NCBI RefSeq assembly: GCF_018350175.1
Contig: NC_058368.1
Location: forward strand, 195,240,001-195,304,000
Direction of reading: 5' to 3'
Source of the DNA: Felis catus
Lineage: Eukaryota
Length of the DNA stretch: 64,000 bases
Below, piece after piece: positions 38,169-50,100 of this stretch. Each line of letters begins with the position of its first letter. Position 1 is the stretch's first letter. Made by a program: the position numbers and the translations under genes. The notes under the pieces are model-generated. The model saw nothing but the letters and a program-made list of their open reading frames with translations. It was not told the origin of the DNA and searched no databases.

Positions 38169-39162
38169 GTAAGGATCTGCAACTTTGCCCTTTGGGAGGC
38201 ATGGACTTGGGTGGGTTCTTATCTTCTCCTCCCCCAGATGTCTGTGAGCATGGGTTAGTTAATCAGTTTGTATACTATAGACTTGATTCTGACTTGCAGC
38301 CACTTGGCCAAACTGTTCCTCGTGACAGAGGGTCTCAGGGCCATGTTTGATAAGGTCTAGATCATGTATTGATAGAGCGGGGCATGGGAGAGGCCTTAGA
38401 GGGGGTCTCTGTCCAGAGGCACCAAGGTCTGGGAAGGACCTGGTCACAGTGTGTGATGTGGAGACTCAGTGTGGGGGGAGGGGCACCAAATAACACTTCT
38501 TTGCATTCAAACATGTAATTGCTCCCTACTATATAGAGTGAAAACAAACTGTATGTCCATATTCAAAGTTGACCATGACCTCTCCTTATTCTGCCTTCTG
38601 GTCTTATCTCCTTCTACTCTCTGACATGTATCCTATGCTCCAACCACCGAAGAAGATGTGCCTCTCCCCAAACAGCCTCTGCACTTTCATACATTCTGGG
38701 CTCACGTCTGGAATGCTGGCTCCACTCCCAGAAGCCCTTCTTACCCTTCTGGGACTCATGAATGCTTTCCTAATCTCCCCAGGTAGAATTTACCACTGTG
38801 TTCTCTGTGCTCTCATAAAGCTGATCACACTTTTCCTCAAATCAGAATGACCCATAACATTAGACATTAAACTGCCCGGTGGGCATATTCATTTTGGCAT
38901 GCCCCTCACTTCCTAGTTCCGGACCTGGCATCCTGTCGGTATGAGTGAATGAGTACGTGAATGAACCATGGCATGCTGAAATCTATACTACGATATAAAA
39001 TGAAGAGATTCCTTTGGTAGGGATGACTGTGGCCCATGGGACTGCCACTCCGACGGCAATCATTGGAGGGGACACTCATCTGTTCCCTTTACACTCCCAG
39101 GGGCCAATATTCCCTCACGTCCCTCTTGACCTCCATTCACAACTACCCTCCCACTGCTGCAG

Positions 39163-39300
39163 GTGTCAGCAACTGATGAAGACGGACCTGTAAATAGTGC
39201 CATCACGTACAGCCTGGTAGGAGGGAACCAGCTCGGGCACTTCACCATCCACCCCAAGAAGGGGGAGCTGCAGGTGGCCAAGGCCCTGGATTGGGAACAG
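39163..39300 (+). CDS. FAT2: FAT2 coding exon 15
   Basis: gcag|GTGTCA ... GAACAG|gtgagt; 138 nt; VSATDEDG...LDWEQ. Confidence 0.96.
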
Positions 39301-39895
39301 GTGAGTCATGTGGGAGGGGCCCGACCCGAGCTCATCAGAGCAAAGGTATGGTCCCAGTGCAGGTCCAGAGAACTGTGGTCAGCACCCCATGCTGACTTCT
39401 CCAGACCTGCCCTCACTTGTTTTCTCTGTGTGGTCTCTGTGGCCCATGAGGCCAGAGGCAGGAGAGGGACTAAGTGGCCCTTAACCTCCTCTAGAGGAGC
39501 TCAGGCTAGCTTCTTACTATTGACAAGGAGCCATTAGATAATAAATCAGTAGTAAGAAATCAATAATAAATTCTTGTTTACTGAGCACCTGCTCTGTGCC
39601 AGGAACTTTGCTAAGTGCTTTACATACATTTGGTCCTTAAAATAATCCTAGGGCGTGGGTCCCAATAATCTCACAGATGTTTAGTCACCTTCTCCATGTC
39701 TCTCAGCTAGGAAATGGTTCAACTGGAGATCAAACCTATTTCTTCCTGACTCCAAAACCTGGACCCTAAAATAGGCAATGGAGGCAGGCATAGCGGAGCA
39801 TCTCCATCTTATTTTGGGGAAAACATTAGTGATGAGTCATGGGGCAGAACTGAGGGGTCTTGTTGCTAACTCTCTACTGGCATCTTGCTATACAG

Positions 39896-40039
39896 ACTTC
39901 TAGCTATTCCCTGAGGCTCCGAGCCACAGACAGCGGGCGGCCCCCACTGCATGGGGACACAGATATCGCTATCCAAGTGGTTGATGTCAATGATAACCCG
40001 CCGAGGTTCTTCCAGCTCAACTACAGCACCTCCGTCCAG
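39896..40039 (+). CDS. FAT2: FAT2 coding exon 16
   Basis: acag|ACTTCT ... GTCCAG|gtacgc; 144 nt; [12 protein letters not shown]...TSVQ. Confidence 0.95.
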
Positions 40040-40290
40040 GTACGCCTGAGCTTCCAAAGACATCTTGAAGCCTTCCTGCCTTCATCTCCCTCCTAGTGGA
40101 GGGTGCTCACCACTGTTATCAGTTCACCCAAACATGGGCTGTGACCTTGCCAACTGATATCCCTAATGGCTACACAGCCTGCAAAAGGGGACTATGAATT
40201 ACAGCATTAACAAATAATCAGGCAATGTGCTAGGCACTTGCGCATCCATTACCTCATTTGGGACCTGCATAGCTGCATGAAACAGGTAGT

Positions 40291-40776
40291 ACGGTAACCA
40301 CTGCCCCCAGCCCCCTTATTCGTGGTTTTGCTCTCTGTGGTTTCTGCCAGGCTGACCCCTAGTCAGTCACGGTCCAGAAGCTGGTGATCCCCTTCTGACA
40401 TATCATCAGAAGGTCAGTAGTAGCTTAATGTACATCACACAGGCTGTGTGCTTTTGTCGTTCATCTTACGTCACTTCATCATGTAGGCATCTTACTATCC
40501 TCACATGGTCACAAGAAGAAGGGTGAATACAGATACTTAGAGAGAGAGACCACACTCACATAACTTTTATTAGAGTATATTGTTATAATTTTCTATTTTA
40601 TCATTAGTTATTGTTGTTAATCTCTTACTGTGCCTCATTTATAAATGAAACTTTATCATAGGTATGTACGTATAGAAAAAACCCCAGTATACACAAGGTG
40701 TGGTTACTATCCATGGTTTTTGGCATGCACTGGGGATGTTAGAACATATCACCAAGGATAAGGAGGCCTACTCTGT
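40291..40776. mobile_element. MER44/Tigger7-type DNA transposon
   Basis: Degenerate TIRs ccccttattcgtgg / ccaaggataaggaggcctact; internal cttactgtgcctcatttataaatgaaactttatcataggtatgta matches the recalled MER44 consensus. Confidence 0.75.
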
Positions 40777-40809
40777 CCACTTTACAGGTTTTTAAAATGG
40801 AGGTGCACT

Positions 40810-41016
40810 GGGGCGCCTGGGTGGCGCAGTCGGTTAAGCATCCGACTTCAGCCAGGTCACAATCTCGCGGTCCGTGAGTTCGAGCCCCGTGTCAGGCTCT
40901 GGGCTGATGGCTCGGAGCCTGGAGCCTGTTTCCGATTCTGTGTCTCCCTCTCTCTCTGCCCCTCCCCCGTTCATGCTCTGTCTCTCTCTGTCCCAAAAAT
41001 AAATAAAAAACATTGA
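40810..41016 (+). mobile_element. Young SINEC_Fc-like copy
   Basis: Perfect 15-bp TSD taaaatggaggtgca at 40793-40807 and 41017-41031. Confidence 0.94.
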
Positions 41017-41264
41017 TAAAATGGAGGTGCAGAAATGTGCCATTGTTAGAATGTGGCAAATCTGGGATTTAAACGCAGAAGATTTTCCAGATCTCATGCT
41101 ATTTTCATCATACTGATGGTTTACAAATGGGATTTGAAGAGGGCCTAGGGATTCACCGGGGAATTGTGACCATAAGAAGTGAGGGAGGTGAGGACGAAGA
41201 TAAGACGGCAGAATCATGGGTCCTGCTATGTATCAGCCAGAGTCATTCACTTGTTTGTGTATTA

Positions 41265-41815
41265 TGAGTATTAGGTAGGATGCTTTGACTGCCAATAACA
41301 GATTATCTGACTAAAACCTTGTTAAATAATAAAGATTTATTTCATGTAACAAAAGGTATGATGGTGGGAAGTTCTATTCCAGAATTGCTTATTTCACCAG
41401 AAAAACAGTATCACAGCTTTGAGCTAGCTTCTTTGAAATTCCCTCACCTTCTTTCTCATGGTTACAAAATGGCTGCTGCAGCTCCAGCATCACATCCTTG
41501 TCTAACCATCTTCAAAGGCAAACAGAAGGGGACTTCCCCCCACTCTGTTTTTAGCAAAGAAGAAAACTTCTTAAAACCTTCATCTGGTTGACTTCTCCAA
41601 TGATCAGAATCAGATTACATGATCAACATTAAACCAAAAACTGGCACTTGAAATCAGATTTTATAACTGACTTAGACCAATCATAGTCCATCTCTTCTTA
41701 ATAAGGACACAACTTTTCTGAGATATGGCCACCCCACACCTGAACAAAAGTCAGGTTTTGTAAGAAAGGAAGAAAGGAATGTCTATTGGATAGGCAACCA
41801 TTAGTTTCTGTCCTC
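41265..41815. mobile_element. MaLR solo LTR (MLT1-type)
   Basis: MLT1-like motifs: ggttacaaaatggctgctgcagctccagcatcacatcc, cttagaccaatca, tattggataggcaacc. Confidence 0.65.
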
Positions 41816-42414
41816 GGATTTCTGTTCATAGATAGTATTTTGTTGCAAAAAGACAGTGAACCACCACTGTGTTATAGATACTGAATTCCCATGTTATGGA
41901 GCAAAGACTGGAACAGTACCCAGGAAATCTATTTTTTAGTTGAATTCCTATGCGTTTTTAAAATGTTCTCATTGAGTGGCTGTTCCATTGGTCTTCTAAA
42001 CAGGAAACCATTTATAAGCGTTCAGTTGACCCTACGAATCCCAAAATTTCCACGTGGATCCCAGGCGCTTACGAATTTATATACATGAATTGCCAGCTGT
42101 GTGAACTTGCACAAGTCACCTTCTGTAGGATAAGGGGACTCTAGGGACCCTTCTGGCCTCCAAGGGCTTTGTTTCTAAGACCCAGCACCGCCCTCAGGAA
42201 GCTCTTGGTCAAGATTGGCGGAGCCAACAACTAATTCAGAGGCTGGCAGAATGAATGAATGAATGAATGAATGAATGACAGCTCGAGGTCCAGGCATGGC
42301 CTGAGAGCAGCCAGGGTGCTGAGGACTCAGCCCGGAGGAGGGGACCCAGAAAGATGCAAAAGGAAGGACTGGAATTCATTTTGCTCTTTGATTTCCTGTC
42401 ACTCTCTGTCTCAG

Positions 42415-42612
42415 GAGAACTCACCCATTGGCAGCAAAGTCCTGCAGTTGATCCTGAGTGACCCAGACTCCCCCGAGAACGGCCCCCCCTACTCATTCCG
42501 AATCACCAAGGGGAATGATGGCTCTGCCTTCCGAGTGACCCCTGATGGATGGCTGGTGACCACCATGGGCCTGAGAAAGAGAGTCCAGGAGTGGTATCAG
42601 CTTCAGATCAAG
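42415..42612 (+). CDS. FAT2: FAT2 coding exon 17
   Basis: tcag|GAGAAC ... ATCAAG|gtgaga; 198 nt; ENSPIGSKV...LQIK. Confidence 0.96.
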
Positions 42613-45559
42613 GTGAGAGCTGTGTTGGGCCACTGGTGGTGACCATGGGGACAGTAATGTGCTGGCAAAAGCACTGTCAGTGCTCCTATTATTAGGGGGA
42701 AGTGTACAGAGCTCTCACTAGGTGCTGGGCCCTGGGTTAAGTGCTCCACGGGTCTCATTGCATTAAATCCTCGCAATGGGCTTTAGGGCAGGTACGATTA
42801 CCACCCCCGCTTTACAGATGTAGCAACTGAGGCACAGGGAGCTTGAGCGCCTGGCTTAAAGCGATACTGCTAATAAGCGGCAGAGGTGGGTTGCTCCAGA
42901 CCAAACACTCTGACCCTAGAGCCTAAGCTCTTAATTCCTACACTGCCTCCAGGCAGAAGCATACCCTCACTCTGGCTCTAACTCCCTGAGCCAGAAGAGC
43001 TCTCTGAACCTCACAGAAATTGGTGCAGGGTCCAAACTGGAGAACATATATACGTGTGAAGGGGATTACGGTGATGTTGCAAAGGGCAGCCCGAGAACAG
43101 CCAAAGTAAAGTTGTCAAGATGGTGGCTAAACGTTTCTTCTTCATTTAATTCCCTCAAAATCCCTTTCTTAAATCTCAAGTCACAGTGGATCCTATTGTG
43201 CTGTGAACCTCTTCCCCGGGATCAGGATGATGGATCCATCCATTCATCCAGCCAGCCGGTCCGCCATTCACTGAGTCTTTGAACAACTATTGAGCACCCA
43301 TCACGTGTCAGCCCCTATGCTTGCTGCTAGTAATGTGGCAGGGGGAAAGAAGGGGATGGTCCTCATGGGCTTTTGATTCCAATCACGGAGATAAACAATA
43401 AACAGATGAAGAAAGAAAGTGATGAGAGGCTCACAGGACACAGGGGAGACATAGTCAGAGGATGGCTGCCCTCACGAGGAGGGGACCTTTGAGCTGGGAC
43501 CTGAGAAGTGAGCTGTGTGAAAACGGGCAGGAAAGTGTCACAGGCAGGAACAAGATGAGCCAATGTCTCAAGCCAAGAGTTCAAGCTCTGGAACAAGCGC
43601 TTGAAGTGGCCTCAGATGGAGCTAATGTGGTCGGCGTGGTGATCTATAATGGGAATAAGCTGAAGACATGGGGTGGCTGGGTCATGGAGGTCTCATAGCT
43701 TGGGTGACCATATACGTGAGGTCCAAACTGCGACGCTCTTGAGAGGGAGAGAGGCGCTAAAAACATTCATTGGCGATCGTTGAGCCACAACAGGATCAAT
43801 TAGTGAAAATCAAGACTGACCCGGGCAAACCAGAAAGTACAGCCAATCCTAACTATAAGCCTTGGTATTACTTTTATTACTACCTCCAATCCCAGCTAGA
43901 GCCAAAGGTGCTGAAACCTTGAGCTGATAATGAAGACGCAGGGAGTGGATAGATTAGGGACAAGCTCTGCATGGAAATAAACAGGAGCTGGTGATAGATT
44001 GGAAATGGGGGGGGGGCAGCGGAGAGAAGAATAAGGGGTGACTCCCAGGTTCCTGGCTCCAGTGAAGACTGGGTGATGGGGCCACCTATGAGGCTGGAAA
44101 GATGGTGGGGTGGGGGAAGAACAGGTTTATGGGGTAAAGTGAGGATCCTGTTTTGCACCGGTCACCTTTCGGGTGCCCGTGAGACATCTAAGTGTCCAGC
44201 AGGTCGTTGGGAGTGAGAATCTGCAGCTCAGCACACAGGTGTGGGCTAATGTAGAGGGTTCTCAAAGCTCAGGGCGTGGACATGACTGCCGAGGGAGAGA
44301 TGAAAGAGAACAGCTTCCCGAACTCTGTTTCTTGACCCAGACAATCGCTCGGTAACTATCGGCATCACCATCTCCTGCATTTGTCCTGTATTTCCACTTT
44401 CGTTCACTGGGAGGTACTAGAGGCCAGCAAAAAAACAGGCTGTGGACCCAGGCAGGAGTTCAGATTCTGCTTGGGACTTAACCTGCTGTGTGACCTTCGG
44501 CGAGTTACTTGACCTCTCTGAGCCTCAGTTATACCTGCTGTAAAACGGGAGATTTCGTGGCATCTATCTCGTAAGAAAGGCGAGGGTTTGGGTTAGTGTT
44601 GATATGCTATCTCATATATGCATCGGAAGCATTTAAAAGTGACTGGCTCACAGTTTTGGTCACAGTGATGCCAGCTGTATGTTATACTTAGCAGTAGTCT
44701 TAACTACTGTCATTGCTCTTGATGACCTCATCTGTGTTACGCACAAATCCCAGTACTAGGTGTCATTTCACAACCTTCTCCCCCCACTCAAAGCACGGGA
44801 ATAAGATACGACTCTAGAGAAAGTCGTGGAGGCCCTGGGCTGACAGCTGTGAAAATGATAACGTCCCTGAGGAGAGGAAGGATACTTCGTTCTTGCTAAT
44901 CTGGACACAAAGTTGCAGGGATGCTTGGCAAAACGTGAAAGGAAAAAGGCATTTTTTATTTACATTCTCTTCCTTGCTTAACTGAGGTCACGGCATGGCC
45001 TTGTTCAAACCTTCGTGGCTTTTCATGACTCTGACATAAAACCTGACCTTGTGCTCCTCGGCCCGTAAGTGACTGGGCGGCCTCCCTCGAGCCCTCCTCT
45101 GCCCTCGGCCCTGCCCACTCGCTCCAGCAGCCGGGGCCCCTTTCTGCTCGGTGGAGCTCATCATGCTCTTTCCACCCGAGGGCTTGACGCTTGCTGTTCC
45201 CTGTGTCACCTGCTCCTCTCACCTCTCCTCACCCCTCAGGACTCAGCTCCTCAGAGATGCCTCCCCTCCCACCTGATCTTCACTCTTCACACCTCTTTCA
45301 GTCTTCACATCTCTGCCCCGTGCTCCGGTGATTTCCTTCACGGTACTTCCTCCGAGTCTGACATTCCCTTGTGTATTTAGTGATGTATCTATTGTCTCTG
45401 GCCCGGGGAAAGGACTCAGCGAGGGACAAAGGCCCACTCCAACCCCAATCACATAGTAGAGGGGTGTCCAAGGAGAACCTCCTTAGGCTGACAGGGACCA
45501 CGAAGGATGCACATAGGAATCACGAAGAGACGTGATGTGTCGCTTAAGGAAGGAGACAG

Positions 45560-45765
45560 GGGGCACCTGGGTGGCTCAGTCGGTTGAGCGTCCGACTTCG
45601 GCTCAGGTCATGATCTCGCGGTTCGTGAGTTTGAGCCCCGCATCGGGCTCTGTGCTGACAGCTCGGAGCCTGGAGCCTGCTTCTGATTCTGTCTCCCTCT
45701 TCCTCTGCCCTTCCCTGCTGGCGCTCTGTCTCTCAATAGTAAATAAACGTTAAAAATTTTTAAAA
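45560..45765 (+). mobile_element. CAN-SINE
   Basis: TSD ggaaggagacag at 45548-45559 and 45768-45779. Confidence 0.92.
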
Positions 45766-46076
45766 AGGGAAGGAGACAGAACGAGGGACGTTGGAGAGGA
45801 AGCAGGCTCGCGTTCGAGTGGCCAGAGAGATTTAGGAAGAGGCTCGGAGAGATGTCAGATGAGGAAAGGGAGCTCAGCTTTACCATGTGGTAGGGGATGG
45901 AACTCCCTCCACAAAACCTCCGGTGCGTTTGGAGTCCTTGTTTTCTTTCTCACCTCTGACAGCGCGTTGAGCCTGCCCCCTGAGCGGAGAGACCAGGCTG
46001 CCCAAGGAGGCCCGGCCTGGTCTGGGCCACCAACAGCTGCAGCCCATGGTGACGGCAGTGCCTGTTCTGTCCACAG

Positions 46077-46887
46077 GTGTCAGACAGCGGCATCCCTCCC
46101 CTCTCGTCCTCGACGTCCGTCAGAGTCCACATCACGGAGCAGAGCCACTACCCACCCTCGGCCCTGCCACTGGAGATCTTCATCACCGTCGGGGAGGAGG
46201 AGTTCCAGGGGGGCATGGTGGGCAAAATCCACGCCACAGACCGAGACCCTCAGGACACGCTGACCTACAGCCTGGCAGGAGAGGAGACCCTGGGCAGGCA
46301 CTTCTCAGTGGGCGCAACTGATGGCAAGATTATCGCCACCCAGGGCCTGTCTCGCGGCCGCTATGCTTTCAACGTCACCGTCGATGACGGGACCTTCGCC
46401 ACCACTGCCGGGGTCCACGTCCACGTGTGGCACGTGGGGCGGGAGGCTCTGCAGCAGGCCCTGTGGATGGGCTTCCACCAGCTCACCCCGGAGGAGCTGG
46501 TAAGTGACCACTGGAGGAACCTGCAGAGGTTCCTCAGCAACAAACTGGACATCAGACGAGCTAACATCCACCTGGCCAGCCTTCAGCCTGCAGACACCAC
46601 GGCTGGGGTGGACGTGCTCTTGGTCTTTGAGGGGCATTCTGGAACCTTCTACAAGCTCCAGGAGCTGGCATCCATCATCACTCGCTCGGCCGAGGAGATG
46701 GAGCAGTCGGTGGGAATTCAGATGAGGTCAGCCATGCCCGTGGTGCCCTGCCAGGGCCCGCGCTGCCAGGGTCAAAGGTGCCAAGAGACGGTGCACCTGG
46801 ACCCCAGAGTGGGACCCACCTACAGCACAGCCAGGCTCAGCATCCTGACCCCGCGGCACCGCCTGGAGAGGAGCTGCTCTTGCAATG
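46077..46887 (+). CDS. FAT2: FAT2 coding exon 18 (last cadherin repeats and linker)
   Basis: acag|GTGTCA ... CAATG|gtgagt; 811 nt; VSDSGIPPL...SCSCN. Confidence 0.96.
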
Positions 46888-47355
46888 GTGAGTGACGGGC
46901 TTCTCCAAGACACCCAGCACTGCGGGGCTCAGCCAGACTGGCTCTGGGGGTGGAGATCCCAGGGAGGCCCCGGGGGGTAGTGAGAGGGGGGGTTTAACAG
47001 GGCTAAAGGCCACAGTCCACAGGCCACCGCGAGACAGGTGGCAGCCTCCCCAAATCTAGTCATGGAACAGCACCCCCTTCCCGGCCACTTTTTGGAGTTT
47101 TGAAAATAACAGTCAGGAATCAAGAGGCAAGTAAGTGGCATGATGGCTAAGAGCAGACTCTGACATCAGACTGCCTGGGTTTGAATCCCAGCTCTGCCCC
47201 TTGCTCGCCAACTAACCTTAGGAAAATGATCTAGCCTCTCCGTGCCTTTGGGCGGTTAGAGGAATTAAATGAGTGTTAAATGTCAAGGGCTTGCTAAAAG
47301 AAAAGAAAAAAAATATAGAAACGAAAAAATAAAATAAAATAAAAATAACAAATAA

Positions 47356-47564
47356 GGGGCACCTGGGTGGCTTGGTCGGTTAAGGGCCCGACTTCGGCTC
47401 GGGTCATGATCTCATGGTCCATGAGTTCGAGCCTCGCATCGGGCTCTGTGCTGACAGCTCAGAGCCTGGAGCCTGTTTCAGATTCTGTGTGTCCCTCTCT
47501 CTCTGCCCCTCCCCTGTTCATGCTCTGTCTCTCTCTGTCTCAAAAATAAATAAATGTTAAAAAC
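47356..47564 (+). mobile_element. CAN-SINE inserted in an A-rich tract
   Basis: Flanked by duplicated taaaataaaataaaaataacaaataag. Confidence 0.92.
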
Positions 47565-47623
47565 TAAAATAAAATAAAAATAACAAATAAGTATCAAGGG
47601 CTTGCTTAGAAAAGTGCCTGATA

Positions 47624-47840
47624 GGGGCGCCTGGGTGGCTCAGTTGGTTAAGCCTCCGACTTTGGCTCAGGTCGTGACCTCACGATTTGTGGGTTCGAGC
47701 CCCACGTCGGGCTCTGTGCTGACAGCCCAGAGCCTGGAGCCTGTTTCAGATTCTGTGTCTCCCTCTCTCTCTGCCCCTCCCCTGCTCATGCTCTGTCTGT
47801 CTGTCTCTCTCTCTCTCTCTCAAAAATAAACATTAAAAAA
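47624..47840 (+). mobile_element. CAN-SINE
   Basis: TSD aaaagtgcctga. Confidence 0.92.
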
Positions 47841-48901
47841 AAAGTGCCTGACATACAGACAGTGGTCAGTAAACACGAGTTACTGCTACTTCTTCTACTG
47901 TTATTACTACTACAGCGTGGTGCTTATAATCTCAAGATTTAGACTAGACAGCTCAGGTTCAAACCCCAGCTCCACCTCTTGCTAGCTGTGTGACCTTAGG
48001 TGGGTTGCCAAATCCTCTGAACTGTAGTTTCTCAACTATAAGGTAATGAAAATATTACCATCTGCCTTCTGGAGTAGGTTTGGGGAGTAAATTATTTAAT
48101 GGATATAAAAGCACTTAGCCTTTGCCGGGCCCATCATAAGCACCCCGTCAGTGATGGTTGCCATTCACACGGTGGCGGTGGTTGCTAGAAGGACTCTGCT
48201 GTGCACCAGGCATTGTGTCTACGTTACCTGAACTGACTGTCACCAACACCCTGAGAAGCAGGGTCACCAGATCCAACTACAGTGGAAACTGAGGGATGGG
48301 GATTGTGTTGGTTTGCTCGACACTGCACGGCCTCCAACGAAGGGCTGGTTACTTAAATAGCCATGTGTCCTACTCTAAAGCTTGAGCTCTTTACCTCAAC
48401 CCACAGGAAGTTAGTTTTCTGATTAGACTCATCTCCAGCACCCCTGGCGTCAAGAGTCAGTGCTCTGGACCCGCTTAGGGATGTTGGCAAAGGGAAAACG
48501 GCATCGCCTCCCCTTCACCATCGCCCCCTGCCTGGCCTGGCCTACCTTTATGGGTCTCCCCAGTTTGCATTAGGGAAATTCTTTCTCCAAAGATTTGTGG
48601 GCTTTTTCGAGGTCCCACTGTATTCAGGCTGGGTGAGCTACTCTGGGTGGGTGCGGGAGGGAAGGGTTTCCCTTCTGTGTCTTTTGCCCCAGGGTTGCCT
48701 GCAGGGAACGCTGTGCTGGCCGAAGGTCCTCATGCGGTCACCTGGCACCAGACAGCGGAGGTTCTAAAATTCATGCTTATTCAGAATCATCTGAGGAGTG
48801 TGTTTTTAAAGAGAACTGCTCCTGCGTATCACCTCCAGAGTCTGTTATTCAGAAAGTCTTGGGTGAGGCCTAGAATTGGCATTTTTTAAATAAAGTTTTT
48901 A

Positions 48902-49250
48902 GGGGCGCCTGGGTGGCTCAGTCGTTGAGCGGCCGACTTCGGCTCAGGTCACGATCTCGCGGTCCATGGGTTCGAGCCCCGCGTCGGGCTCTGTGCTGAC
49001 CTGGAGCCTGTTTCAGATTCTGTGTCTCCCTCTTTCTCTGACCCTCCCCCGTTCATGCTCTGTCTCTCTCTGTCTCAAAAATAAATAAATGTTAAGCTGA
49101 GGGTTGATGGGGGATGGCAGGGAGGGGAGGGTGGGTGATGGGCATTGAGGAGGGCACCTTTTGGGATGAGCACTGGGTGTTGTATGGAAACCAATTGGAC
49201 AATAAATTTCATATATTGAAAAATAAATAAATAAATAAATAAATAAATGT

Positions 49251-49290
<40 letters not shown>
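48902..49290 (+). mobile_element. CAN-SINE with (TAAA)n tail interrupted by an L1
   Basis: Head at 48902; small internal deletion after gtgctgac; TSD taaagttttta. Confidence 0.9.
49096..49237 (+). mobile_element. 5'-truncated feline L1 (L1_Fc-type) 3' end
   Basis: ctgagggttgatggggg...gatgagcactgggtgttgtatggaaaccaa...aataaatttcatatattgaaaaa; TSD aataaataaatgttaa at 49080-49095 and 49238-49253. Confidence 0.88.
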
Positions 49291-49291
<1 letters not shown>

Positions 49292-49295
49292 GTAA

Positions 49296-49557
49296 AGTTT
49301 TTATTTTAATTCCAGTACAGCTGACATACTGTATGTGTTACATTAGTTTCGGGTGTACAATAGAGTGATTCAGTAATTCTATACATTACTCAGTGCTCGT
49401 CATGATAAATGTATTCTTAATGTCATCCCCCTATTTCTCCCATCCCTCCCCCCACCTCCCCCCTGGTAAACTTCAGTTTGTTCTCTACAGTTTAAAGTCT
49501 GTTTCTTGGTTTGTCTGTCGGTCTCTCTCATCCTCTCTCTCTCTCTCTCTTTTTCCT
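49296..49557 (-). mobile_element. Carnivore L1 3' end (L1_Carn-type)
   Basis: ttattttaattccagt...attagtttcgggtgtacaatagagtgattc...tcagtttgttctct; TSD t(a/g)gaattggca(t/g)tttt at 48871-48886 and 49558-49573. Confidence 0.8.
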
Positions 49558-49877
49558 TGGAATTGGCAGTTTTAAACAGCATCTCAGGTAGTTCTGAAGC
49601 AGGTGGTCCAAGGTCTACGCTTGGAGAAATATTAGAGAGGCTGGCTCACCAATCACCAGAATCAATTAGGGTTGTGTTGTTACTTCTTAAAACATTTTGG
49701 TGAAATGCGGCACACAGAAGGATCCATGGACCCCTTGTACAGCCCAACTAGTTTTCACAAACCAAACACATCCGTGTAACTAGCACCTGTATCAAGGATC
49801 ACTTCTCGGGAACCTCCCTTGTCTCCCTTCCAGTCGCTACACCCATCGTGGGGAGGTTTTTTTAAATGCAGACTCTC

Positions 49878-50100
49878 GGAGCGCCTGGGTGGCTCAGTCC
49901 GTTAAACGTCCAACTGTTGGTTTTGGCTCAGGTCACGATCTTGCGGTTTTGTGAGATCGAGACCTGCTTCGCCCCTTTCTGCGCCGACAGCGCGGAGCCT
50001 GCTTGGAATTCTCTCTTTCCCTCTCTTTCTGCCCCTCTCCCCCCTCACTCTGCCTCTGTCTCAATCAAAATAAAAAAATACACTTTATAAATAAATAAAC
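49878..50100 (+). mobile_element. CAN-SINE (older type)
   Basis: TSD aaa(t/c)gcaga(c/t)tctc at 49864-49877 and 50101-50114. Confidence 0.88.

Larger units (their letters stand above)
48752..49634. mobile_element. MER5-like MITE split by nested retroelements
   Basis: Left part cagcggaggttctaaaa...gggtgaggcctagaattggca; right part ttttaaacagcatctcaggtagttctgaagcaggtggtcc...ttggagaaatatta. Confidence 0.6.

Noticed and set aside
39286..39297. LDWE instead of the cadherin LDRE motif
   Set aside because: The D and E calcium ligands are kept and aromatic residues (DYE, DFE) are common at this position; no sign of damage
4404..47829. Recurring short ORFs with WVAQSVKRPTSAQVMIS / SLEPASDSVS
   Set aside because: Translations of CAN-SINE copies, not a gene family
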